A DNA stretch of 63,973 bases, filler included, from Collodictyon triciliatum (taxonomy: Eukaryota): the NCBI GenBank assembly GCA_043381765.1. It is 5 parts of 5 records of this genome, joined end to end, with 100 filler letters (N's around TTAATTAATTAA, not from the genome) between each part and the next. Parts side by side here need not be neighbours in the genome. Positions count along the whole stretch, not along the records: positions 1 to 18,136 come from JBHJMP010001397.1; 4 more parts are not named here. One strand, 5' to 3'. Below the pieces are notes generated by a model, which saw only the letters and a program-made list of their open reading frames with translations, was not told the DNA's origin and made no database searches. Below are positions 1 through 10,701 of the stretch, in pieces (position 1 is the first letter of the stretch; each line of letters opens with the position of its first letter). Position numbers and translations under genes: made by a program.

Positions 1-960
1 CCTCTTCCACTCCCCTCTAAACATAATCAAGCCCGCTACTTTCCCTCTCCCAAGGACTTCACCACAAGTCCTATCCTGAAAGGAATCCCTGGGCCTCTTT
101 TCAAGCCCCAGGGTCTTTACTTCCTTTCCTATTCCTCTTCATCATCTTTTCTCTCCTTTATCTTTTCCCCATCTCTATACTCCTCTGATGGCACATCCAC
201 CATCACTTTCCCTTTTATACCTCGGAATACTTGCTTGGTGGTTGAAAAAAAGATTGTTGGCGTGGGCGCCAACAGCTAAGTCTGTCGTGAATAAAAAAAA
301 AAAAAAACATATTCGGATAGTTGTATTTGGATTTGAACTAGTAGAGTGATAAAGATGGTATATGCAGTTGTCCTCTTTGAATGCTTCTTTTCTGTGGTGT
401 GGGTGAGAAACGATTTCCGGGCGCGTGAGGTTTTATGCAAGCATTGAAATCAAGATACGTTTCGTATTGCTCCCTCCACCTTGTTTCCTCCACTAGTGGA
501 AAATATAATTGCACAAATACATAAAAGGAATCATCCACAGTCTTTATCTCTTCTTCTTTATATGTCCAAAATCATTAAATATAACCTTATTTTAAACTTA
601 ATTTGAATTCTGGAGATAATTCCCATCCCCGGAGTAACGGTCTCAGGTCTGTGGTGTTCAAACTGTGTAGATTAAAAGGCCCACTCGCAGAAACCTACCA
701 GATTTTCATATCCTGTTGTGCCGCAATGGGCACATGTCTTTCTCAAATGCGTGCAAAGACATAAGGGAAGAACGAAGACAAGCATCTCTTTAGTGAACAA
801 CTCACTCTCGCCTGAATCATTGCATACAATCTGACCCATTTCATATAGCGAACCAAGCCATAGGTCAATCTCATCACCAGCAAGAAACAAAACAGTCATA
901 CAGGTGACATCGCCGATTCGAAAAGCCTCTCCAAGAAGTGACACAGCTACATATAAAGTC

Positions 961-1632
961 ATGAGCGGTACCATCCTGTCTAAAGCCAAGGCCAAGATAG
1001 TGAAAGGCTACAATATTATTCGTATTGCTGCCGAGAAAGTTCCTCACGAGACCGTTGATGACATGTCTGACAAGTTTTCCATCGTCCTGGCCTTTGTGTC
1101 TTCGATTGTTCTGAGCTTTGTGTTCTCTGGAGCTGTCAACTTCGTGAAGCAATATAGAGTTTATCTGAGCTGCAACAAGATTTATGAGGAAAGTAATTGG
1201 ACGTACAACGAGGCGGCCATGAAAGTGATTGCAAACTCTATTAACATACTCTCCTTCACTACAGCCTATTTTCTCGCCTGGATCACCTACAAACTTCTTC
1301 GTCCAGTCCACTTCTTGAAGATTTGCTTGATTGTCTGCTTGGCCTTCTACGGGTCCAGCTCATTGATCAATTCGCTTTTTTTCAGTAGAGAAATTATTGT
1401 TGCTATGAGCATAGCCATCAGCGAAAATGACCCCATTGATACCAGACCCACCCCAGAGGACTGTGACATCGGGAGAAACTCTCGCACACTTACAAATATC
1501 AACTTTACAGCCATCATGTGCCTACTGTACATCACGTCCATACCAGCAGCGTATCGCCTCTCCAGGATGGCGAAGGCAGCTGCCATGAATGAGCCCTTGA
1601 ATGACAGACCTCAATCTATCCCAAGAAAGTAG
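961..1632 (+). CDS. Uncharacterised four-TM membrane protein, tandem paralog 1 (intronless)
   Basis: ORF MSGTILSKAK...PRK. The ATG at 961 aligns with the start Met of the 2750-3562 paralog. It has four hydrophobic segments and shares long near-identical stretches with that paralog. Confidence 0.8.
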   Translation: MSGTILSKAKAKIVKGYNIIRIAAEKVPHETVDDMSDKFSIVLAFVSSIVLSFVFSGAVNFVKQYRVYLSCNKIYEESNWTYNEAAMKVIANSINILSFTTAYFLAWITYKLLRPVHFLKICLIVCLAFYGSSSLINSLFFSREIIVAMSIAISENDPIDTRPTPEDCDIGRNSRTLTNINFTAIMCLLYITSIPAAYRLSRMAKAAAMNEPLNDRPQSIPRK

Positions 1633-2749
1633 GTGTTCTTTTCGATTTCTGGCAAAACTTTCATTTCTTGGGGTTATATAACGGATTCTGTATCTTCCAG
1701 ACTCTCGATGGCTGTGGAACAAAAGTGATCATATGAGATTCGTTTCCCTCTTCAGAAAAGTTTTTTAATGACATGATAAACAAGCGGAACTGAAGAGTTC
1801 TCTATGTTGAAATTCGAAGCTTTTTAGGCTGCGTGATGGAGACAAGGATATACCTTATAAATAAGTGAACTCATCAGTTTCAATCTCTGGGCGTGAACCT
1901 TGTTTACTTGTGTCTCTAGTTTATTTGTGCTTTTTTTTTTTTTTTACTTTAAAGCATCAAAATACCTCACGTGGTATTGAAATTGCAAGCTCTGGATTTC
2001 ATGCTGTTAATGCATTTATTTTTTGTGCTTTTGTTTCCTATTTTCTCGCAAACTTCAATATTTACATGTAGAATGAGTACAAACCTGGGAATATCAATTA
2101 CTCAAAGGCGCGTTTGTTGTGTGGTACCACCCGGGCTCGTATCTACCACGCAATCCTTTTTCGATTCTACACCAGCGAACGAAAACATCTTACTTGAATT
2201 GCGCCCTCGGTGATATACATTCATGGCTATTCCAATAAAGATAAGTTGACGCCCCCACATGTGGAACATTCATTGGAAAAATCCAATTTAGAAAAAACAC
2301 ACCGAATATTCTTTCATTCAGAATAATAGTCAAATATATCTGAATTTATTTGTGATTCATTTAATTCACCTGTATTTGAAACACATTGCCGTTACAATTC
2401 CAAAAGTGGAGTAACGATGCTCAACCGCCGGTGCGGAGCATTTTATTGGCAAAATCCCAAGTCCATCTTGCTTCCAATCCGCAGTGCACCCAATGTTTAG
2501 AACCCAACAGGACCCTGCCCAATCACCAGACGAAGGTTTGGCGGACTCAGAGGCCAGCTTCCATCCTCAATGAGTGTGAAAGTGAGAGTAAAAAAGGGGT
2601 TTGTTAAAAAAAGAAGAAAAAATAGGCATAGTTTCGACAGGAAAAGGGAGTGAAGACTAGAGTACCACTAAACAAGCGGAACCTCACACAGACACAACCC
2701 CAACAAAGCCGCGCCCCGAAAGCCCAAACCAGACAAAGCGCTTCATACC

Positions 2750-3562
2750 ATGGCAGACTCCACCATGACACGAGTAAAGACCAAGGCCTACGAAGTCTAC
2801 ACAATCATCCGTATTGCCGCCGAGAAAGTGCCCCACTCAGTGGTGGACGACATGTCGGACAAGTTTTCGATCGTCCTTGCGTTTGTCTCGTCCATCGTGC
2901 TCAGCTTCCTCTTTGCTGGCTCCGTCAACTTTGTGAAGCAATACCAAGTTTATCTCAGCTGCAACCAAATCCAAGACCGCGAAGTATGGGACTACGAAGA
3001 CACGGCCGAAAAGGTCAACTACAACTCGATCAACATTGTCTCCTTCACTGCCGCCTACTTCTTGGCCTGGATCACCTACAAGCTTCTTCGTCCGGTCAAC
3101 TTCCTCAAGATCTGTCTCATGGTCTGCCTGGCTGTCTATGGCTCCTGCTCCTTGATCAACTCGCTCTTTTTCAGCAGAGAGATCATTGTGGCCATGTGCG
3201 TGGACAACAACAAGCTGCCCGATCCCCTGACTCTGCTCTACCTCACTGAGGACAACTGCAAACTCAGCCGCAGCGCCCGCCGCATGACAAACGTCAACTT
3301 CACCGCAATCATGTGTCTGCTCTTCTTCACGTCGATCCCTGCTGCCTACCGCCTGGCCCGCATGGCCCGTGCGGCTGCTCTGGACGAGCCTCTCGACGCC
3401 ACCAGGCAGATCGACCTGGAAGTTGGAGGCAAGTCTGACCAGGCAAAGAGTAAGTCTCCCAAGCAGCTCTCTGTGGAGGCTGGACCGGCCGTCACTCGCC
3501 CCGAACCCGCTGATGATGGCCCAGCCTCAGGGGCCCACCAGGCGTGGAGCTCATCAAAGTGA
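2750..3562 (+). CDS. Uncharacterised four-TM membrane protein, tandem paralog 2 (intronless)
   Basis: 270-aa ORF with strongly C/G-ending codons. It shares IIRIAAEKVPH..VDDMSDKFSIVLAFVSSIVLSF, SFT.AYFLAWITYKLLRPV.FLKICL and LINSLFFSREIIVAM with paralog 1. Confidence 0.88.
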   Translation: MADSTMTRVKTKAYEVYTIIRIAAEKVPHSVVDDMSDKFSIVLAFVSSIVLSFLFAGSVNFVKQYQVYLSCNQIQDREVWDYEDTAEKVNYNSINIVSFTAAYFLAWITYKLLRPVNFLKICLMVCLAVYGSCSLINSLFFSREIIVAMCVDNNKLPDPLTLLYLTEDNCKLSRSARRMTNVNFTAIMCLLFFTSIPAAYRLARMARAAALDEPLDATRQIDLEVGGKSDQAKSKSPKQLSVEAGPAVTRPEPADDGPASGAHQAWSSSK

Positions 3563-4232
3563 TGCCCTGCTTCTCTTCCTTTCTCCTCTCTACTGCCCTT
3601 CCCTCTTCATACTTGTGTATGTCCCGTGTTGCTCCATTTGTTACCATTTTTTTTCTCATACATACCTTTTTTTTCTTTGTTTTTATTTTTCTTCTGCCCT
3701 ATATTCTCCTTTTTTTTCTCTCTCTCTCTCTCTTTCTTTCCGTATATCCCTTTCTCTCCCTCCCCTCCTACTCGCCCTCGCCCGCGAATTACAGGCAACC
3801 CGACCCTGTTATCCAGTTGCAACGGCTTCATCCCGCGTCATAGCAGCTCCAACAATAAAGAAATGCCCCAAGCCAGGATTCTCACTTTTCATTCCCCTAC
3901 GGTTGTGTTTTCATGTGACTGTTCTCCGGTGTCATTCGCGCTCATTAACTGTCCCCGCAAACATGAGGCAGTAGTGCCCGCACTTTATTCTCCTTCAATT
4001 TGCGCACGAAAGGCGCCTATACTTTCTATTAATATAATACGCAATAATTTATATTTTTTAAGAAAATTTTTTATTTGACTAATTGTTTGAAACAAGAAAG
4101 AATATTATGATTATGGCGGCGAAGTTTCAAGTTTCCGTTAATCAGGATTTCTTTTTATTGAAAACTGGCCAAGAGAAGTAGAAAAAGGAGCATCTTCATA
4201 ACTCTTTTCCATTCCTTTCATAGTTTTTTTTT

Positions 4233-6186
4233 TTACGAGTTGCCGTGATTTTGGTAAGGTTGGTAAACTCCACCAGACGTTTCTCCTAACATGGGCGGGG
4301 GTGGCGGACTCTGTGTTGTTTGCTGTCCATACTGCAAATTGCTCGGGTACGGCGCCATCATAGGTGGTGGCGGTGCCGAGAAGTTGGGGGACGATGGTTG
4401 TGGTGCTTGTTGAGTATACTGCGAGCCACCCAGCATTGGAGGAGGTGGCGGACTTTGCGGATAAGCCGATGCTGAAGATATCGGTTGTGCGTACAACTGG
4501 CCACTCGAGCCAGAGCTCATCATCGGTGGCGGTGCCGAGAAGTTGGGGGGCGATAGTTGCGGTGCTTGCTGAGTATACTGCGAGCCACCCAGCATTGGAG
4601 GAGGTGGCGGACTTTGCGGATAAGTCGATGCTGAAGATATCGGTTGTGTATATAACTGACCACTCGAGCCAGAGCTAATCATCGGCGGAGGACTGAATGA
4701 GCTTTGTGTGGAAATAGCAGGCTGATAGGAACTGTATGACGCGGCTCCGTAGTTTGGTGTGTAAGAAGCAGATGCATGTGTTGGGTCGCTCGTAACGCCA
4801 GCAACATAGGATGGACGCCGAGCGAAGCTTGACGAGTCGGATGGGTCTTCTTGAAGAGGAGCCATGGAAGGGCGTCTGCTATTGCCGAGAGGGCTTGAAG
4901 GGTTTTCATAAGCAGGATTCATGGACGGGCGTCTGCTGTTGCTTAGTGGGCTTGTTTGGTCCTCGTAGACAGACACCATGGAACTCTTCCTAGATAGGCT
5001 GGATAGATACATGTTTTCTTCATATCCTGGAGCTGCAGACGCTCTACGCAAGGATTGTGGTGAGTTTGCGGAACCGTGGAGGTTGCCAAGTGGAACTTTC
5101 CAGCTGGTTTGGGCGACAGATTCTGGAATGATTAGATGAAGCAATTAATTCATCTTGTCTCCAGATTGCCAAGCGATGTTTGGAATGATAGGATGCCTGC
5201 GAGATTGGGAATAAATGAACCCGGTGGGAATAAAGTTCAGCTTATATGTGGAACTACCTGAGCGGAGTCGAATCTGCGTGGTGTCGCTGAGACTGACGCC
5301 AATATCATTGAATGCATCGAAATTCAGAATGCCCTCGTTGTATAGCTGAAATGAGGGAGGCTGTAGTACTCTGGCTGTGTGAATTAACACGATATCATTA
5401 ATACAAGCTAAATCAACGATGTAAGTCCCTGAGAAATTTATTTTGTAGAGATTGACCCTCCAATGGTTTATTAGGTATTATCATGAATGAAATATATATA
5501 TATTAAAAAAGAGAGAGAAAAGGTAGTAGTTTTTAACAGATTAAATTAAGTTTTTCAACAAAGTCTTATTCATTTCTAAAATCATGATTTTACTCACCTC
5601 CAGAGCCCACAAGTTCGTTTCCGATGTCGATGAAGCCTGTCTCATCACGGAAGGATTTCAGCATGCGTGCGCCCGCCAACTGGCGATTACTTATGATTCT
5701 CTTAAATATGTATTTGTATTGCATTGAAATCATTAAATTTTGCTCATGAAAATGAGAAAAGTGCATGCGTTGATATTGTTTTAAGCCCCCTCTTCAAAAG
5801 AAAATTAAAGAAAGGATTGTATTGCCTTGCACAAAAGAAAAATATCTGAGAAGAAAAAAAAAAGAACAAATGATAAGGGAAAAAAAACCTACCGTCTGAA
5901 CGGACTGCATCTCCAACTCGAACGACTCCACCTGCTCGCTCTGGGCTGCCAGGAATTCATTGAATTGCCCAGCAAGCGAGAAGATGTGGTCAGAGATACT
6001 CTGCAGCGAATGTGCCGTGTAGGCCTGAGTCTGTTGAACCACCTCCGGCGTCGGATTCTCCTTGAAGCGATCCTCCCAGTATTTTGCGATCTCGTGCAAT
6101 TTGCGGCTGTTTTCTCCCAGCTCGCGCAAAGAAGCAGGGATTCCTGTGTCAAGCAGCTGTTTTGTTCTCTCTTGTGCGGAAGTCAT
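4233..6186 (-). CDS. ABI1: ABI-family (Abl interactor, SCAR/WAVE complex) protein, multi-exon, proline-rich C-terminus, no SH3
   Basis: Exon 6186-5893 LLDTGIPASLRELGENSRKLHEIAKYWE...TQAYTAHSLQSISDHI resembles the Abi N-terminal WAVE-binding helices. A later exon ILNFDAFNDIGVS resembles the Abi HHR motif. The terminal exon is polyproline-rich. Confidence 0.85.
4365..4685 (-). repeat. 159-bp (53-aa) tandem duplication inside the ABI proline-rich exon
   Basis: MISSGSSGQLYTQPISSASTYPQSPPPPPMLGGSQYTQQAPQLSPPNFSAPPP occurs twice with few substitutions. Confidence 0.9.
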
Positions 6187-6758
6187 CTTGTTCGGGGCTG
6201 CAGTTCCTGCGATAATGCGGGGGTAAACTCGCCACTCTGTATTGACAGCTTTCTTCGACGGCCCGCTGATTGATGAAAGTTAATTGCTTGTTTGATCAGA
6301 TGAGACGGGATGATTCCAGAATGGTATTCTAATTATGGAGATTATATAATTAAGCTATTATATCATTATTTTGACACACTAAGTTTACAATTAGAATTAT
6401 TACGCATTATATATTTGTAGATGTTTATAAAAAGTATTAATTCCGTTACGAAATGATTGTCCTAATCTGGAATGTTGAGTGAATAACGCGCTTCACAAGC
6501 ACACAAACACGAGCAGTTTTGTGCCAGTCAGATCAGTTTGGCGTAGAAAACAAAAATAACAGTGGCGTTGATGATCAATGATAAATAATGATAAATAATG
6601 ATAAATAATGATAAAAATTACCGCCACAGGGCGATGTGAAGCAAGTGATCGAGAGACTTTTGAATAGGATTGATTATAGTTTTTGTGTTGCGTACTTATG
6701 TCTCTCTGGGGTGTTTTATAGAATAAAGGGCATAAAAGCTTGAAAACAGTAACACAAA

Positions 6759-8876
6759 ATGGAGTCGTCACGCGGAGAGTCACCCACCGGATCAGCCACA
6801 AGAACATCAAGAGGAAAGGCGCGGCCGGGCGCCGTTAGTTCGCAAAAGTATGTTCCGATCCCCCTCTTTTTTTTAATTTTATTTTCCTTTCAATATCTTT
6901 TGGAGGTTGAAAGTTGTCTTCGCCTTTATCTTTCGTTCAATTTTTTTATATATGCCATTTTATTTTATTTATTTATTTTTTAAAAAAATGAACTAGTTTT
7001 AAAAAAATCTTACGTCGCTCATTCTTTTTTTCTTTCACTGGGAAATAGGATGAACTTCCGATCGGACGAACGAGCTTTTCCAATAGAAGATGTCCCTGTT
7101 AAAGTAACCATCAATTCAAAAGAGAAACAACAAATTAAAGCAAGATAAGAACCGAAAATAATCACTTCTTTCTCCCGCCCTGGTATTCTCCTGCTTTCTT
7201 TCACATTAAACTTATCTCCAGTTACTGTAACATGTTTTAAAATTACAAGGCTTTGGAGGCAAAAAAGGAGGTACTGTCCTACTTGCAAACAGATGTTCTT
7301 GGGATTTCAAAGCCTCGCTGGAATGGATCTGTTTTGACTGGGCAACACTTTCCCGACCCCAACTTCAAGAGAGAGCTTCACCAGGTTTCCTTTTTTTTTT
7401 CTTCCTTTTTTCTGTTTTGTTCCCTATTACTCACGTAATGAAGAGAAATGAACAAAGGAACTTTGATGTCGTGAAAATACGTTCATGTTTCGTCCTATCA
7501 CGTTGATTTAGCTCATTCCCTCTATCTTTTCCTTTTGATTATCCGTCAACACACAGTTTTCGAGCATCAATCCTGAGCACAACTATCGTGGGGAGGTTGT
7601 CATAAAGGAGCCACCAAGGCCCTTACCCAAAGGAAATAAGTTTAAGTTTGACCAGCGCCTGTTTATGGAGGCAGAGACCCGAGACCAAATCTTGTCCAAG
7701 GTAATCCTAGCATATTCTGATAGAACATCTACTTCATCTCAACCCGGTGAATGTTTTTTATATAGAAATACTCATTTTAGTAAACATGTTTAGCACCTAT
7801 CTACAAGACCGAGTTCTATTCCTAACCATCCTGACCTTGTCAATGCCCGTCCATGGGATTTCTCCACATCAGCACCTTCAACCAAGGAAAGACAAACCAA
7901 ACTTAGCGAAGAGTAAGTAATAACAGAAATCTTGAGAGAAATAAAAGCCTAGAAGATGCTTATATCTACTGCAACGATTTCTCTCAAAGCCTGTGATAGA
8001 ATGCACTTTTATCTTACACCAGTATTTAACCCTTAAATATCTACATAGCACTCAAAAAAGCATGAAAAATTCTACCAGAATGATGCAAACCCTTCAAACG
8101 TACACGACACCAACTGACCAGGTACATTTGAATTACAAATGCCTTTAAAATCATTCGCTTCAAAATGATTTTTAGGAAGATTTCTCATATGTTTAATTGC
8201 TATCTTAAACACCTCAGATATCCCATATGATCGAAGAACAAAGAGCGAAAAAGAAGGAAGAGGCTGAAATTCACAACAGAATCCAAACACTCTACGGGAG
8301 AGAAGTATTGGAGGCAGAGAAATCAAAAGCAGTCGGGACGGACAAATACCAACTAGAGGAAATCAAGAGAATGCGACAAGAGGTAAAATATGCACATTCA
8401 CTTTACGAAATAGAGGGCAAATGTTCTTTTGTTTGCGATAACGTTTGAGTTTGCGATTGAAATTCGATGTGTGTTTTTTACCTACATTAAATGTGCGATG
8501 GTTAGGTATCAAAACAAATGGAATCGACTCGGGGACCTCCAAGGAAAACAAAGATATATGCCCACACCGGGGCGTGGGTAAGAATAAGAAGAAAAATAAA
8601 ACCCTAACAATATAAAGCTTCCCTGCACCTTAATTTGGCTATTTTATCATTTTTCCTTCTTTTCTTTTATTCTGAATGATAATGCCTGGCCTTGTTTCCA
8701 AGTAATTTTCATACACGGCATTATTTTCACACACAATTTCTATCGCTTCATAGCAACTAAACCCCCAAGACAATGCATACGCGTGGTCATGCTGCATGTC
8801 ATCTGTGGAGGATTCTAAAGGGTGCACGCTGTCGCGGGTCATAAACCTTGACTCATGGAACACCGAGTCGTTTTGA
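6759..8876 (+). CDS. Hypothetical multi-exon protein with C-terminal BTK-motif-like zinc finger
   Basis: GT-AG exons run from MESSRGESP (6759). The last two exons splice in phase 0 to give KIYAHTGAW|QLNPQDNAYAWSCCMSSVEDSKGC...TESF*. Some internal exons are uncertain. Confidence 0.65.
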
Positions 8877-9368
8877 GTCCGTCTGAGGCTTCAAACCATA
8901 TCCCACGTACACAAACCTTTGCGCAGGCTCTGTTATTTTATCGGAGTAGTCTGAATCTAAATTCACCCGTTCTCTTGCATCATGATTGGCCATGGATTCA
9001 CATTCATTGACTCAATCTCGCAACCATAAGCGGCCTATTCTCAGTATATTATACGACTCATATCTCTGTCTCAATCATCCGCCCCTCTGATATGAAATTG
9101 CATCACCAATACAAAATAAACCATCACAATAATCAAACCCGCATCTTGTCGTGCATATAGTAGCCGATCTAAAAGGAGACTTAAATCTCTTTTGACACCC
9201 ACAATACAGCCTTTTTTTTTCCCTTTTCTTCTTATTATTTTACTTTTTTTTTGAGGCATCGTTTTATCTACTGTGCCTCGAACAGGAATGAGCGAATGCT
9301 TCTCACTTTTTTTCTTTTCCGGTTTCCCAGGAGAGGTGGAGCGTGCGAAGAAGGCTGAAACAAAAGTC

Positions 9369-9744
9369 TTAGTGATGGGAGTCTCCCTTTGAAGCTTTCT
9401 TGGTGCGAACAACCTCTGCAGTCAGGTCGAAAGCCATGTACGTGAGGAAAATCATAGTCGCGACTCCAAGGCCGGGGAACTATAAAGGATAATGTCTTTC
9501 GGTTGGTGTCATCCTGAGATTTTTTTCTTCTTATTTTGCTTCGCGATTGTTTGAGCATCGGTTGTGACAACACAAATGGCATGGAAAGAATGAAACAGCC
9601 TCTCGGCTGCAATAAATCATACTGGGGCGTGAGTGTGAAAATGAGCGTGGATATTTGTATTTGCAGCCCTTTCTGGCTTACCATAGCGCGGTGGTTGTTT
9701 GTGAGCATCGGGTGCTTTCTCCAGGCTTCGTAGTTTTGGAACAT
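9369..9744 (-). CDS. NDUFB3: NADH:ubiquinone oxidoreductase subunit B12 (NDUFB3)
   Basis: Two exons (9744-9682, 9480-9369) give MFQNYEAWRKHPMLTNNHRAM|FPGLGVATMIFLTYMAF...SHH*. WRKHPML...PGLG is the B12 signature. Confidence 0.9.
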
Positions 9745-10395
9745 TCTGGGTTTATCTTATTCCTGTAACTTTCTCAATGAGTTTTGTTTGTGGATACATT
9801 ATACCAGCGTCTTTTCTGCTGCCGAGGGATCCAGTTTTGCGTTTGTGCTTCCTCAAGCCTTCAATGATTTGATGCGCGGGGCATTTGTTGATCATCACCA
9901 ACACGATTCACTGTCTCGATCAAAAGTTTGATTTGAGAGACTATAAACGCGTCAGTAGAAACGTTTAATCAAAATTTGCATATCTGGAAAAGGGCGATGA
10001 ATGCGTGCTTATATCCTTGACAATTTTTTTTTTTGATTTCTTTATTGGTTCGTTTCCGTAATCAAACCATGAACTAGAATTTTTATTTTCCTCATTTTCT
10101 TTTGGCTTCACGAAGGGTTCTCGCTGATCCGGTTGGCGGTGGCTTCAAAGGCCCAGGCCGTGTCTGAAGTCCGTGTTTTTGGAAAAAGTGAACTGTTGTC
10201 ATCCTCTCTCCTTCCTATATGGCAGCGACTGTCATTTTGAAGCCTTTTTCTATTCCTTTTTTCTACTTTATAGATTCTTTTTCCTTTTTCCATTCTTCTT
10301 TTTATCTTTTTCTTTATCTATTCCCTTTTCTTTTTCTTTCCTCATTTTCTTTTTTCTCTTTCTCTCTTTTTCTCCTTTTTTCTACTCTATAGATT

Positions 10396-10541
10396 CTTTT
10401 CTCTTTTTTCTCTTTTTTTCTCTTTTTTCTCTTTTTTTCTCTTTTTTCTCTTTTTTCTCTTTTTTCTCTTTTTTCTCTTTTTTCTCTTTTTTCTCTTTTT
10501 TCTCTTTTTTCTCTTTTTTCTCTTTTTTCTCTTTTTCTCTT
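10396..10541 (+). repeat. (TTTTTTCTC)n simple repeat
   Basis: Directly visible tandem array. Confidence 0.9.
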
Positions 10542-10701
10542 TAAATGGTATTTCTATTTATTGCAAGTAACACGGATGAGACTGGCCGATAAATGCCATA
10601 GTTACCAAAAACAAGAATACAATAGAGAAACTATACCTATTAAGAAATTATGCTTTGTCTTGAACCCAACCTGAAGCCAAGGTCAAATAGGTAAGGTCAA
10701 C

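Noticed and set aside
734-960. Possible upstream exon (734-792) extending paralog 1
   Set aside because: It is frame-compatible, but the donor is weak and the ATG at 961 aligns exactly with the paralog's start.
672-995. Cys-rich minus-strand ORF (CAHCGTTGYE) as a retroelement zinc knuckle
   Set aside because: It lacks the His of a CCHC motif, has no RT context, and overlaps the start of a real plus-strand gene.
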